From: Actinomycetota bacterium
GTDB lineage: Bacteria > Actinomycetota > UBA4738 > HRBIN12
Length of the DNA: 64,000 nt
NCBI GenBank assembly: GCA_035512775.1
Contig: DATKDI010000049.1
Span: 17,137 to 81,136 of the forward strand
Direction: 5' to 3'
This document shows positions 9,185 to 17,916 of this stretch, piece by piece. A program made the position numbers and the translations under genes. The notes beneath the pieces are model-generated. The model had not been told where the DNA came from. It worked only from the letters and a program-made list of their open reading frames with translations, and made no database searches. The number at the start of each line of letters is the position of its first letter. The first letter of the stretch is position 1.

Positions 9185-9430
9185 ATGACGAAACGGTTCG
9201 ACGAGGAGGTGCGGGTCGAGCGGGACGGAGGGATGCCCTCGGGGTTCGAATGGCGAGGGCGCCGCTATCGGGTCGTCGACGTGATCGGACGGTGGCGGAT
9301 CGAGGGCAGGTGGTGGGAGGACGGCCGCGATCGCGAGTACTGGCGGGTCGAAGCCCGTGGCGGTGCCGTCTGGGACCTGTACCACGACCGTCAGCGCGAT
9401 CGCTGGCACGTGGAGCGGCTCTGGGACTAG
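9185..9430 (+). CDS. small W/R-rich hypothetical protein (81 aa)
   Basis: MTKRFDEEVRVERDGGMPSGFEWRGRRYRVVDVIGRWRIEGRWWEDGRDREYWRVEARGGAVWDLYHDRQRDRWHVERLWD. GGAG lies 10 nt upstream of the ATG. It sits in the C-terminal part of frame ORF 8714..9430, convergent with rocD. Confidence 0.45.
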   Translation: MTKRFDEEVRVERDGGMPSGFEWRGRRYRVVDVIGRWRIEGRWWEDGRDREYWRVEARGGAVWDLYHDRQRDRWHVERLWD

Positions 9431-9440
9431 AGGGGTTCGA

Positions 9441-10667
9441 TCAGGCGCGTTCGGCCAGCGCGCTCACGATCCGCTCCAGGGCCCATTCCAGATCGCCGCG
9501 GGACACCATCAGCGGCGGTGCCAGCCGGACGGTCGTCTCCTGGGTGTCCTTCGCGAGCACCCCGAGCTCGAGCAGGCGCTCACACACCGCGCGCGCGGGC
9601 GCGGCCCCGGGGGTGAGCTCGATGCCGAACCACAGGCCGCGCCCGCGCACCTCGCTCACCGACGTGGGCGCCTCATCGCGCAGCTGCTGGAGGAACCACG
9701 CCCCGAGGTCCTTCGAGCGCCGCTGGTACTCGCCGGTCCGAAGGAGCGCGAGGACCTCCAAGCCGACCGCGCACGCGATGGGATTGCCTCCGAACGTGCT
9801 CCCGTGCTCACCCGGCTTGAAGACCCCCAGCACCTCGGCCCGCGACACGACCGCCGACACCGGTAGGATCCCGCCGCCGAGCGCCTTCCCCAGGATGTAC
9901 ACGTCCGGCTTCACGCCTTCGTGGTCGCACGCGAACGTCGCACCGGTTCGTCCGAGCCCCGTCTGGATCTCGTCGGCGAGCAGGAGAACGTTGCGTTCGG
10001 TGCAGAGCCGCCGCGCTTCGCGCAGGTATCCCTCGGGTGGGATCCGGACGCCTGCCTCGCCTTGGATCGGCTCGACGAGGAACGCGACGACGTCGGGATC
10101 CTCGAGTGCCGCCGCCAACGCTTCGCCGTCGCCGAAGGGAACCGACACGAACCCCGGCGTGAAGGGGCCGAATCCCTTCGTCGCCGACGGATCGGAGGAG
10201 AAGCCCACGATCGTGATCGTCCTGCCGTGGAAGTTCCCGTCGCACACGACGACCTTCGCCCGTCCCTCCGGCACGCCCTTCACGTCGTAACCCCACCGGC
10301 GTGCGGTCTTGAGGGCGGTCTCGACCGCCTCCGCGCCCGAGTTCATCGGCAGCACCATGTCCATGGCGCAGAGCTCAGCGAGCTGCTCGCAGAACGGACC
10401 GAACCGATCGTGGTGGAACGCGCGGGACGTGAGCGTGACGAGGTCGAGCTGCGCCTTGGCCGCGCGGATCAGATCGGGATGGCGATGGCCGAAGTTCAAT
10501 GCGGAGTACGCGGACAGCATGTCGAGGTATCGCTTGCCATCGACGTCGGTGACCCATGCGCCCTCGGCCTCGGACACGACGACGGGAAGCGGATGGTAGT
10601 TGTGCGGCGTGTGCTGCTCGGCCAGCGCGATCAGCTCGGCCGTCAGGAGCCCGCCCTCGGTCTTCAT
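9441..10667 (-). CDS. rocD: ornithine--oxo-acid aminotransferase (class-III aminotransferase)
   Basis: Start at MKTEGGLLTAELIALAEQHTPHNYHPLPVVVSEAEGAWVTDVDGKRYLDMLSAYSALNFGHRHP. Also DEIQTGLGRTG and the PLP-lysine context ILGKALGGG. ATG at 10667 (alt 10676). Confidence 0.8.
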   Translation of the reverse strand: MKTEGGLLTAELIALAEQHTPHNYHPLPVVVSEAEGAWVTDVDGKRYLDMLSAYSALNFGHRHPDLIRAAKAQLDLVTLTSRAFHHDRFGPFCEQLAELCAMDMVLPMNSGAEAVETALKTARRWGYDVKGVPEGRAKVVVCDGNFHGRTITIVGFSSDPSATKGFGPFTPGFVSVPFGDGEALAAALEDPDVVAFLVEPIQGEAGVRIPPEGYLREARRLCTERNVLLLADEIQTGLGRTGATFACDHEGVKPDVYILGKALGGGILPVSAVVSRAEVLGVFKPGEHGSTFGGNPIACAVGLEVLALLRTGEYQRRSKDLGAWFLQQLRDEAPTSVSEVRGRGLWFGIELTPGAAPARAVCERLLELGVLAKDTQETTVRLAPPLMVSRGDLEWALERIVSALAERA

Positions 10668-10719
10668 GGGCCGCATCCTACGCATCGAACGCCGACCGTC
10701 GAGCCACGTCGGATGCTTT

Positions 10720-10731
10720 CTCGGTCCCGGC
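10720..10731. promoter_or_regulatory. 12-bp perfect palindrome GTCCTCGAGGAC in rocD 5' leader (candidate operator)
   Basis: Read directly from the sequence. It lies ~55 nt upstream of the rocD start, within a 350-nt segment (10668-11022) that has no convincing ORF. Confidence 0.3.
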
Positions 10732-11022
10732 GTCCTCGAGGACGAGGCATGCATGAGGAGTTCCGATGAACCCGTGGGGATCGAGACGCCGGACGAGAAG
10801 GCTCCGCCGTCGTCCGAAATCCGGCCCAGGCGGCGGGTGGCATCGTCGCCCGAGGTTGTGAACGAGCCCTGACGCTACGGGGTCGCCGAGCAAGTCTGGG
10901 ACTTGCGCAACCGTTCGTCAGCCTGGAGCACGGCGAGCTTGGTTCGCTCCGCAGGAAGTCGCCGGCCGAGCCCATGGGTCGTGCCAACGTCGGGGAGCAG
11001 GGGCGATCGCTTTCGCCTCCGG

Positions 11023-11808
11023 TCAGGACAGTTCGAGCACGCCCTCCATCTCGGCGATGAAAGTACGAGTCTCCGCAGTCGTCGCGGAACCATCTGGCTG
11101 ATCTGCGGCCCATTGCTGGTCACGCCAAGCGAGTGCCCGGTCGATCAGGTCGGCCCAGCGTGGGAACTCCTGCTGGATCCTCACCGCGGCTTCCCGTTTC
11201 GAAAGCCGGTCACCGGCCCTCAGTGCAGCTAGCCCTCGGCACATCGTCAGGATCGCGTACGCCTGCGAACCGGGCGACGCATCTTCGTCGAAACGGTTCC
11301 GGAAACCGACCAAGTACTTCCTCACCTCCGCGAGGTACTCCGCCTCCGGGATCGGTGGGATGAGCGAGCCGAGACGAGGCCCTTCCAGACCGACACCGTC
11401 CTGTCTCGCCGGGTACCAGTCGAGGAGGAAATCCCGGCCGGCCTCGATCAGGCGGAGAGGCTCGCCAGGGCTGATCCTGACGATCGTGGTCGCGTGGGTT
11501 CGGCAATCTGCGAGTCCTCGTGCCAACACGTAGTCGACTTCGATCCGGTCCCTCCATGCGGGCTGGGCTCGGGCGAAACTTTCATGCATCTTGCCGAGCT
11601 GGCGGACCAGCGTCTCATCCGGCCGATCGCGAAGGACGGCGATCAGATCGATGTCACTGACGTCCGGCTCGAAATCATCCGTCGCGAGAGAACCGTAGAC
11701 GTACAGACCCATGAGCGAAGACCCGGTTGCATCGACGATCGCGTCCCGCACGAGGCCCACGATCGGATAGGCGTTCAGGTCGGGCTTCCCCCGGTGGGGA
11801 TCCTCCAT
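11023..11808 (-). CDS. nucleotidyltransferase-domain protein of aminoglycoside adenylyltransferase (ANT(3'')/ANT(9)-like, DUF4111) family
   Basis: N-terminal NTase motif GLYVYGSLATDDFEPDVSDIDLIAVL followed by a helical DUF4111-like C-terminal half. Confidence 0.6.
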   Translation of the reverse strand: MEDPHRGKPDLNAYPIVGLVRDAIVDATGSSLMGLYVYGSLATDDFEPDVSDIDLIAVLRDRPDETLVRQLGKMHESFARAQPAWRDRIEVDYVLARGLADCRTHATTIVRISPGEPLRLIEAGRDFLLDWYPARQDGVGLEGPRLGSLIPPIPEAEYLAEVRKYLVGFRNRFDEDASPGSQAYAILTMCRGLAALRAGDRLSKREAAVRIQQEFPRWADLIDRALAWRDQQWAADQPDGSATTAETRTFIAEMEGVLELS

Positions 11809-11877
11809 GAGGCGACCGTATCCTGACCGGACAACCCTCGCGGCATCTCTCGGCTGAGGAGGCGGGGGGACGCTGCG

Positions 11878-12120
11878 TCAGCCGGTGTAGCCCTCGACCG
11901 TCCGGGGATCGCGGACGCTCGTGTCGTCGGGGTCCTGGCCCGCCGCCCGCCTCGCCCGGCGCTGATGGAGCAGGTCCCAGCACTGGTCGAGGGTGACGCC
12001 GAGCTCACGGAGCCGTTCCCGCTCGGCGTCGGTGGCCTCTCCGCGGCCTTCGCGCTCCCAGAGCTCGTGCTCCTGGTGCGCGATCTCGTTGATCCGGCCG
12101 ATCACCTGCTGGTCATCCAT
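11878..12120 (-). CDS. DUF2630 family small protein (80 aa)
   Basis: MDDQQVIGRINEIAHQEHELWEREGRGEATDAERERLRELGVTLDQCWDLLHQRRARRAAG... The start ATG is at 12120. The upstream part of ORF 11878..12360 is an artefact. It is divergent from dnaE2 and shares the LexA-box region. Confidence 0.55.
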   Translation of the reverse strand: MDDQQVIGRINEIAHQEHELWEREGRGEATDAERERLRELGVTLDQCWDLLHQRRARRAAGQDPDDTSVRDPRTVEGYTG

Positions 12121-12212
12121 CGAAGAGCTCCTCTCAACGCCTCCTGACGAGTGTCGCAGACGGTGGAACATCCACATGAGCCCTAGACAGCCTCGATAGG
12201 AGCCACCTAGTA

Positions 12213-12228
12213 TCGAACATGTGTTCGA
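12213..12228. promoter_or_regulatory. LexA (SOS) box, actinobacterial/mycobacterial type TCGAAC-N4-GTTCGA
   Basis: Exact TCGAACATGTGTTCGA, overlapping the dnaE2 GTG start (12221) and lying in the divergent intergenic region with the DUF2630 gene. Confidence 0.7.
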
Positions 12229-15200
12229 TATTGCGAGTCGCTCTGGAGGGTTCGCCCATCTCGACGTCCGGTCCGCGTTCTCGTTGAAGGAGGGGGCGTT
12301 CGTCCCCGAGCATCTCGCGGCGCTGGCGAGCGAGATGGGGATGCCGGCCGTGGCCCTCACCGACCGGGACGGGCTCTACGGCGCCGCCCGGTTCGTCGCC
12401 GCTTGCGAGCGGGGAGGGATCCGTCCGATCCTCGGCGCCTCGCTCACGGTCCGGGAAGGTGGACACGACGCCCCCCTCGTCCTGCTCGCGCAGGACGGGC
12501 GGGGCTACGCCAACCTCTGCCGCCTGGTCACCGACGCGCACATGTTGGGGGAGCGCGGGGATCCCTCGATCACCGCGACCCAGATCTGCGCCCACGCCAC
12601 CGGTCTCGTCGCGCTCGCCGGCCCGCGTTCGCACGCGGGCCGGCTCGCCACCCGTGGCCTCACCGATACCGCCGCCGAGGTCATCCATCCGTTCCGTGAA
12701 GCGTTCGGCCGCGAACGGCTCTTCGTCGCGGCCGAGCACCGGATGGAACGGGGCTCGAACACGGAGATCCGTTCGATGCTCCGCCTCGCCGAGCGGGTCG
12801 ACGTCCGCGCCGTCGCCACCAACCCCGTTCGGTACCTCGTGCCCGAGGACGCGTTCCTGGCCGACGCGCTCGAGTGCATGCGCCTGATCGTGCCGATCGC
12901 GGCGAACCACGTCTCGCGTACCAACGCCGAAGGATGGCTGAAGCCCGCCGAGGCGATGCGCCTGCTGTTCGCCGAACGGCCCGACCTCTGCGACACGACC
13001 TTGGAGATCGCCGACTCATGCCGGTTCGACCTCGGGCTGAAGCAGGTCCATTTCCCGGACTTCCCGACGCCGGCCGGACGCAGCGCCGACGCGATCTTGG
13101 CGGAGCGTTGCTGGGCCGGCGTCTACGACCGAGGGATGACCGAGGACGAACGCCTCCGCGATCGGATCCACCTCGAGCTCTCGATGATCCGCCGGATGGG
13201 CTACGCGGCGTTCTTCCTCACGGTCGCCGACATCACGGCCGACATCCGGGCGATGGGGATCCACGTCGCGTGTCGTGGCTCCGCCGCCGGCTCGCTCGTG
13301 TGCTATCTGCTCGGGATCTCCGACGTCGACGCGCTCCGTCACGACCTCTCGTTCGAACGCTTCCTGAACCCGATGCGCGACGAGCTCCCGGACATCGACG
13401 TCGACGTCGAGTCCGCCCGGCGTGAGGACGTCTACGACATGGTGCTCTCACGTCACGGCGACGAGCGGACCGGCTGCGTCGCGATGATCGACACGTACCG
13501 GGCACGCGCCGCCGTGCGCGAGGTGGGCAAGGCGCTCGGCCTGCCGGAGGTCGAGGTCGGGATGGTGGCGAAGTCGTTCCCGCACATCTCGGCGAGGAAC
13601 CTCCGGGAGTCGCTCACGCGCCTCCCGGAGCTCGACGGGATCAACCTCCCGATGGCACAGCTGGAGCTCCTGTTCCGCGTGGCCGAGCGACTGGACGGCT
13701 TCCCTCGCCACATCGCCCTGCATCCGTGCGGGATCGTCCTGTCTTCCCACGACCTCGTCGACAGGGTGCCGTTGGAGCGCTCCGCCAACGGGCATCGGAT
13801 GATCCAGGCCGACAAGGACGACGTCGAGCTGCTCGGCTACCTGAAGCTCGACGTGCTCGGCGTGCGGATGCTCTCGTCGATGCGTCATGCGATGGACGAG
13901 ATCGCGCGCACGACGGGGGAGAAGGTCGACCTCGAGCGGATCCCGCTCGACGACGAGCTCACCTTCGAGATGATCCGTGACTCCGACACCCTCGGATGCT
14001 TCCAGATCGAGTCGCCGGGCCAGCGCGAGCTGTTGCAGAAGCTCCAGCCGAACCGGTGGGAGGACCTGATCGTCGACATCTCGCTGTTCCGGCCCGGTCC
14101 GGTGAAGTCCGACATGATCACCCCGTACCTCCGGCGGCGCGCCGCTTTGGAGCGACCGGCCTACATCCATCCCGACGTGCGACCCGCGCTGCGGGAGACG
14201 TTCGGGGTGATCGTGTACCACGAGCAGGTGATGCGGACGCTCGCCGCGGTCGCCGGCTGGGACCTCACCTACGCCGATCACGTCCGCCGTCATCTCGATC
14301 ACGAGGAGCTCGTGCCCGGGTTCCGCGAGGAGTTCCTCCGGCGCGCGGCGGAACGGAACGTGGATGCCATGGCTGCCGAGAAGACCTGGGACGCCGTCGC
14401 GCAGTTCGCCTCGTTCGGCTTCTGCAAGGCGCACGCGGCGGCGTTCGCGGTGCCGACGTATCGGAGCGCCTGGTTGAAAGCGCACTACCCGGCGCACTTC
14501 ATGGCCGGGATCCTCACGCACGACCCCGGGATGTATCCCCGGCGGGCGCTCCTTGACGACGCCCGCCGTCATGGCATCCCGATCCTGCCGCTGGACGCGA
14601 ACATGAGCGAGCCGGAATACACCGCCGAGGAGGTGGGGGGGTCTGGGGGGCTCAAGAAGCGAGCGCCCGCGAGCGTAGCCCCCCAGGAAAGCGGTGCATA
14701 CGGGATCAGACTCGGGCTCCAGGACGTACACGGGATCTCGGACGCGGAGGTCCGTTCGATCCTCATGGCGCGCGCGGAGAGGCCCTTCGCGAGCGTGGAG
14801 GACTTCCTCGCCAGGACCTCGGTGGCCAAGCCGGTGGTGGAGGCGCTCGCGCACGCCGGCGCGTTCGACGCGCTTCCGGAGCGAACCAATCGTCGCGGCC
14901 ATCTCTATACGGCGATGACGACCCAGCCCGAACGCGAAGGAGATCAGCTGCGGCTATCATCCGTGTCCAGCGTGACCGACCATCGCTCGGCTCGATTCGC
15001 CTTCCGGGACTACACCGACGCCGAGGTCGTACGGGCGGAGCTCGAGGTGCTCGGACTGGACGCCACCCGCCACCTCATGAGCTTCTACCGGCCGCTCTTC
15101 CGGGACCTCGGAGTCACACTGGCCGAGGACGTCTGGCGGTGTCGGGCCGACGAGTGGGTGATGGTGGCCGGGGTGAAGGTCTCCTCACAGACCCCGGCGA

Positions 15201-15511
15201 TCCGAAGCGGTCAGCGGATCATCTTCCTCACGCTCGACGACGGCACCGGTCCGCTCGAGATCACGGTCTTCGAGTCGGTGCAACCGAAGGTCGCCAAGAC
15301 CGTGTTCCATGCGTTCGCGATGGCGGTGTGGGGACAGGTGCGCAGGACAGGGCTGAAAGGGGTGAGCGTCGTGGCGGAAGACATCTGGGACCTGACGGCG
15401 TTGCACCGGGCACGCGCCGACGGCTCGCTCCGCGAGACGATGGCCGGACCCGCGCAGCCGCGGAGCCCGGATCGGCGACTCTGGCACGCGAGTCCCGACT
15501 CTGCAGGGTGA
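12221..15511 (+). CDS. dnaE2: error-prone DNA polymerase DnaE2 (ImuC; PHP + Pol III alpha core)
   Basis: 1096 aa. PHP domain FAHLDVRSAFSLKEG...ALTDRDGLYGA. Pol III alpha fingers/palm motifs ...LPDIDVDVES..., LGYLKLDVLGVRMLS, FCKAHAAAFAV. Shorter than the dnaE1 in the same window and preceded by a LexA box. Confidence 0.85.
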   Translation: MFDIASRSGGFAHLDVRSAFSLKEGAFVPEHLAALASEMGMPAVALTDRDGLYGAARFVAACERGGIRPILGASLTVREGGHDAPLVLLAQDGRGYANLCRLVTDAHMLGERGDPSITATQICAHATGLVALAGPRSHAGRLATRGLTDTAAEVIHPFREAFGRERLFVAAEHRMERGSNTEIRSMLRLAERVDVRAVATNPVRYLVPEDAFLADALECMRLIVPIAANHVSRTNAEGWLKPAEAMRLLFAERPDLCDTTLEIADSCRFDLGLKQVHFPDFPTPAGRSADAILAERCWAGVYDRGMTEDERLRDRIHLELSMIRRMGYAAFFLTVADITADIRAMGIHVACRGSAAGSLVCYLLGISDVDALRHDLSFERFLNPMRDELPDIDVDVESARREDVYDMVLSRHGDERTGCVAMIDTYRARAAVREVGKALGLPEVEVGMVAKSFPHISARNLRESLTRLPELDGINLPMAQLELLFRVAERLDGFPRHIALHPCGIVLSSHDLVDRVPLERSANGHRMIQADKDDVELLGYLKLDVLGVRMLSSMRHAMDEIARTTGEKVDLERIPLDDELTFEMIRDSDTLGCFQIESPGQRELLQKLQPNRWEDLIVDISLFRPGPVKSDMITPYLRRRAALERPAYIHPDVRPALRETFGVIVYHEQVMRTLAAVAGWDLTYADHVRRHLDHEELVPGFREEFLRRAAERNVDAMAAEKTWDAVAQFASFGFCKAHAAAFAVPTYRSAWLKAHYPAHFMAGILTHDPGMYPRRALLDDARRHGIPILPLDANMSEPEYTAEEVGGSGGLKKRAPASVAPQESGAYGIRLGLQDVHGISDAEVRSILMARAERPFASVEDFLARTSVAKPVVEALAHAGAFDALPERTNRRGHLYTAMTTQPEREGDQLRLSSVSSVTDHRSARFAFRDYTDAEVVRAELEVLGLDATRHLMSFYRPLFRDLGVTLAEDVWRCRADEWVMVAGVKVSSQTPAIRSGQRIIFLTLDDGTGPLEITVFESVQPKVAKTVFHAFAMAVWGQVRRTGLKGVSVVAEDIWDLTALHRARADGSLRETMAGPAQPRSPDRRLWHASPDSAG

Positions 15512-15547
15512 TGGGCTCCGCGGGATGATGGGCTCCGCGGGATGATG
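15509..15547. repeat. tandem direct repeat 2.3 x 17 nt (TGATGGGCTCCGCGGGA) starting at the dnaE2 stop codon
   Basis: tgatgggctccgcggga tgatgggctccgcggga tgatg read directly. Because 17 is not a multiple of 3, the three TGAs fall in all three frames. Confidence 0.85.
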
Positions 15548-15583
15548 TCCTCGTGAGCCGACCGTGAGGATCCACGAGCATCC

Positions 15584-16762
15584 ATGACCCGTAGGCCGTC
15601 CGAGCCGATCCTCCACGTCGACCTCGACGCGTTCTATGCATCGGTCGCGATCCTGAAAGATCCGTCCTTGAAGGGGAAGCCGGTGATCGTCGGGGGGACC
15701 GGTGCGCGCGGGGTCGTCACCAGCGCTTCGTACGAGGCCAGGCGGTACGGGGTCCACAGCGCGATGCCGTCGGTCCGCGCGCGCCGGTTGTGCCCGGACG
15801 GGATCTTCCTCCCGCCGGACTTCGACGCCTATCGCGTCCACTCGAACCGTTTCCGGGAGGTCCTGCTCGCGCACACCCCGCTCGTGGAGCCGATCTCCAT
15901 GGACGAGGCGTTCCTCGACGTCGGCGGCGCCGTCATCCTGTTCGGCTCGCCGGAGACCATCGCGAAGAGGATCCGCCGTGAGGTCGCCGGGGAGGTCGGG
16001 ATCACCTGCTCGGTCGGCGTCGCCCCGACCAAGTTCGTGGCGAAGCTCGCCTCGGACGGCTGCAAGCCCGACGGGCTGCTCCACGTGCATGCGGGGGAGG
16101 TCGCGAACTTCCTCGAGCCTCTGGCCGTGGGGCGACTCTGGGGTGTGGGGGAGAAGACCGCAGAGGTGTTGGGGCGCTTGGCGATCCGGACGGTGGGCGA
16201 CCTGGGCAGGACGCCCGTGACGATCCTCGAGCGGCTCCTCGGAGAGGCGGCGGCGAGGCATCTCACCGAGCTGGCGAGCGGGATCGACGATCGGCCGGTA
16301 ATCGCGTACGAACGGCCCAAGTCCATCGGCCACGAGGAGACGTTCGATCGGGATCTGGACGACGAGGACGAGATCCTGCGCGAGCTGCTCGCGCTGTCCG
16401 GTCGGGTGGCGGCTCGTCTGCGGGAGGACGGGTACCGATCGAGGACGGTCACGCTGAAGGTCCGGCTCGCGAACTTCACGACGCTGACCCGTTCGCGGAC
16501 GCAGGCCGCTCCCACCGATCTGGGCGCCGATCTCCATCGGATCGTTTCGGAGCTGTACCGAGGTCTGCCGGGAGCCACGCGCCGGGTTCGGCTCCTGGGT
16601 GTCCAGGCGGGCGGGCTGGTCTCGGCCGGTGCCCAGCAATTGGCGCTTCTGCACACCGAACGCTGGGACGAGGTGGAGCGCACCGTCGACCGCATCGAGC
16701 GCCGTTTCGGTCCCGGTGCGGCGGGTCCCGCGAGCCTGCTCCGCCGGACTCCTCGACGGTAG
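15584..16762 (+). CDS. dinB: DNA polymerase IV (Y-family, DinB)
   Basis: ILHVDLDAFYASVAI...PVIVGG...RGVVTSASYEARRYGV...LPPDFDAYR...SMDEAFLDV...LWGVGEKT. Confidence 0.85.
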   Translation: MTRRPSEPILHVDLDAFYASVAILKDPSLKGKPVIVGGTGARGVVTSASYEARRYGVHSAMPSVRARRLCPDGIFLPPDFDAYRVHSNRFREVLLAHTPLVEPISMDEAFLDVGGAVILFGSPETIAKRIRREVAGEVGITCSVGVAPTKFVAKLASDGCKPDGLLHVHAGEVANFLEPLAVGRLWGVGEKTAEVLGRLAIRTVGDLGRTPVTILERLLGEAAARHLTELASGIDDRPVIAYERPKSIGHEETFDRDLDDEDEILRELLALSGRVAARLREDGYRSRTVTLKVRLANFTTLTRSRTQAAPTDLGADLHRIVSELYRGLPGATRRVRLLGVQAGGLVSAGAQQLALLHTERWDEVERTVDRIERRFGPGAAGPASLLRRTPRR

Positions 16763-16831
16763 GTTCCGCTCAGACGGAACCCCTCTCTATAATCGAGGGA
16801 GGAACGGGTCGTTCCGCGGTCGGAGGTCGCG

Positions 16832-17191
16832 ATGCCCCTCAACGAGAACGAGCAGAAGATCCTCGAGGAGATCGAGCGGCGCCTCTCCGAGGAGGACCCG
16901 AGGCTCGTCGAGCACGTCAACCGCACCGACCTCCACACGCACGCTTGGCGTCGGATGAAGATGGCGATCGCCGGATTCGTCTTCGGTCTCCTGCTGCTCC
17001 TGTTGGTTGGCATGTCCGTCTGGATCGCTGCCGGTGGTTTCGTCGTGATGACGCTGTCGGCGTTGCTCGCGTATCGCTACGCCGGCCGTCTCGGGGACGA
17101 CCGCATGGCTCCGGGCACCTTCGGAAGGATCGCCGCTCGCGTCGCCGGACGTCTCCGTCCGCCGGCTCCGGGTCGTCCCTCCGACGAGTGA
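16832..17191 (+). CDS. DUF3040 family membrane protein
   Basis: MPLNENEQKILEEIERRLSEEDPRL followed by two TM helices. Typical DUF3040 architecture. Confidence 0.6.
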   Translation: MPLNENEQKILEEIERRLSEEDPRLVEHVNRTDLHTHAWRRMKMAIAGFVFGLLLLLLVGMSVWIAAGGFVVMTLSALLAYRYAGRLGDDRMAPGTFGRIAARVAGRLRPPAPGRPSDE

Positions 17192-17352
17192 TCGACGTTC
17201 GCACCGTCGCTCGCGTGTTCCGCCGACGCGAACGTCGTGTCGATCACACCGTCTGACCACTGCGCTTGCCACGACTTCACCGATGGGTGTACAACGTGCT
17301 CCTTCCCCTGGGTGCGAGTTGTCGCCGGAGGGCGGGTCTCCCAGGAGAGCCC

Positions 17353-17913
17353 GTGACGACCGCGCCGGATGGTTCGAGCCGTGAGGTGTGGATCGAAAGG
17401 GCGCGCGTCCGGATGGAGGGTTTCACCGCGCATCAAGCGTGCAAGTTCACAGGGTGCTCGGCACGTCAGCTCCGCTACTGGGATGAGATCGGGCTCGTCG
17501 AGCCGTCGGTCCAGGGCACCGGCGGGCGTCCGGGCGTGCCGCGGCTGTATTCGTTCCGAGATCTGGTCGCCCTCCGCGTCGTGAAGTCGCTGCTGGACGG
17601 CGGCATGTCGCTTCAGCGGGTTCGCCGATCGTGGGAGTTCCTCACGAAGAAGGCCGGACTCACGAAGCATCTCTCCGAGGTGAAGCTCGTGACCGACGGG
17701 CAGTCCATCTTCAAGATCTGTCGCCGTGACGGCGAGGTGATGGACGCCCTTCGCGACGGGCAGATGGCGTTCTTCGTTGCGATCGACGACATCGCGACGG
17801 GGGTCGAGACCCGGGTTCGCCAGTTCGAGGAGGACCGGGAGAGGTTCGTCCGCGCGCTGCGGGCCGCGGCCGCCCATACGGCAACGTCGCAGACCCACGC
17901 CGCGTCCCGCTGA
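17353..17913 (+). CDS. MerR-family transcriptional regulator
   Basis: HTH FTAHQACKFTGCSARQLRYWDEIGLVEP...YSFRDLVALRVVKSLLDGGMSLQRV. GTG at 17353 with GGAGAG RBS. ORF-track start 17266 is probably too far upstream. Confidence 0.6.
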   Translation: MTTAPDGSSREVWIERARVRMEGFTAHQACKFTGCSARQLRYWDEIGLVEPSVQGTGGRPGVPRLYSFRDLVALRVVKSLLDGGMSLQRVRRSWEFLTKKAGLTKHLSEVKLVTDGQSIFKICRRDGEVMDALRDGQMAFFVAIDDIATGVETRVRQFEEDRERFVRALRAAAAHTATSQTHAASR

Positions 17914-17916
17914 GGC

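Noticed and set aside
9136-10290. 384-aa plus-strand ORF
   Set aside because: It is antisense to ornithine aminotransferase and is a Ser/Arg/Pro-rich artefact.
12134-12910. 258-aa minus-strand ORF, plus other ORFs inside dnaE2 (13448..14902, 15185..16654 and 15829..17013 minus)
   Set aside because: They are antisense to dnaE2 and dinB, whose frames carry unambiguous polymerase motifs.
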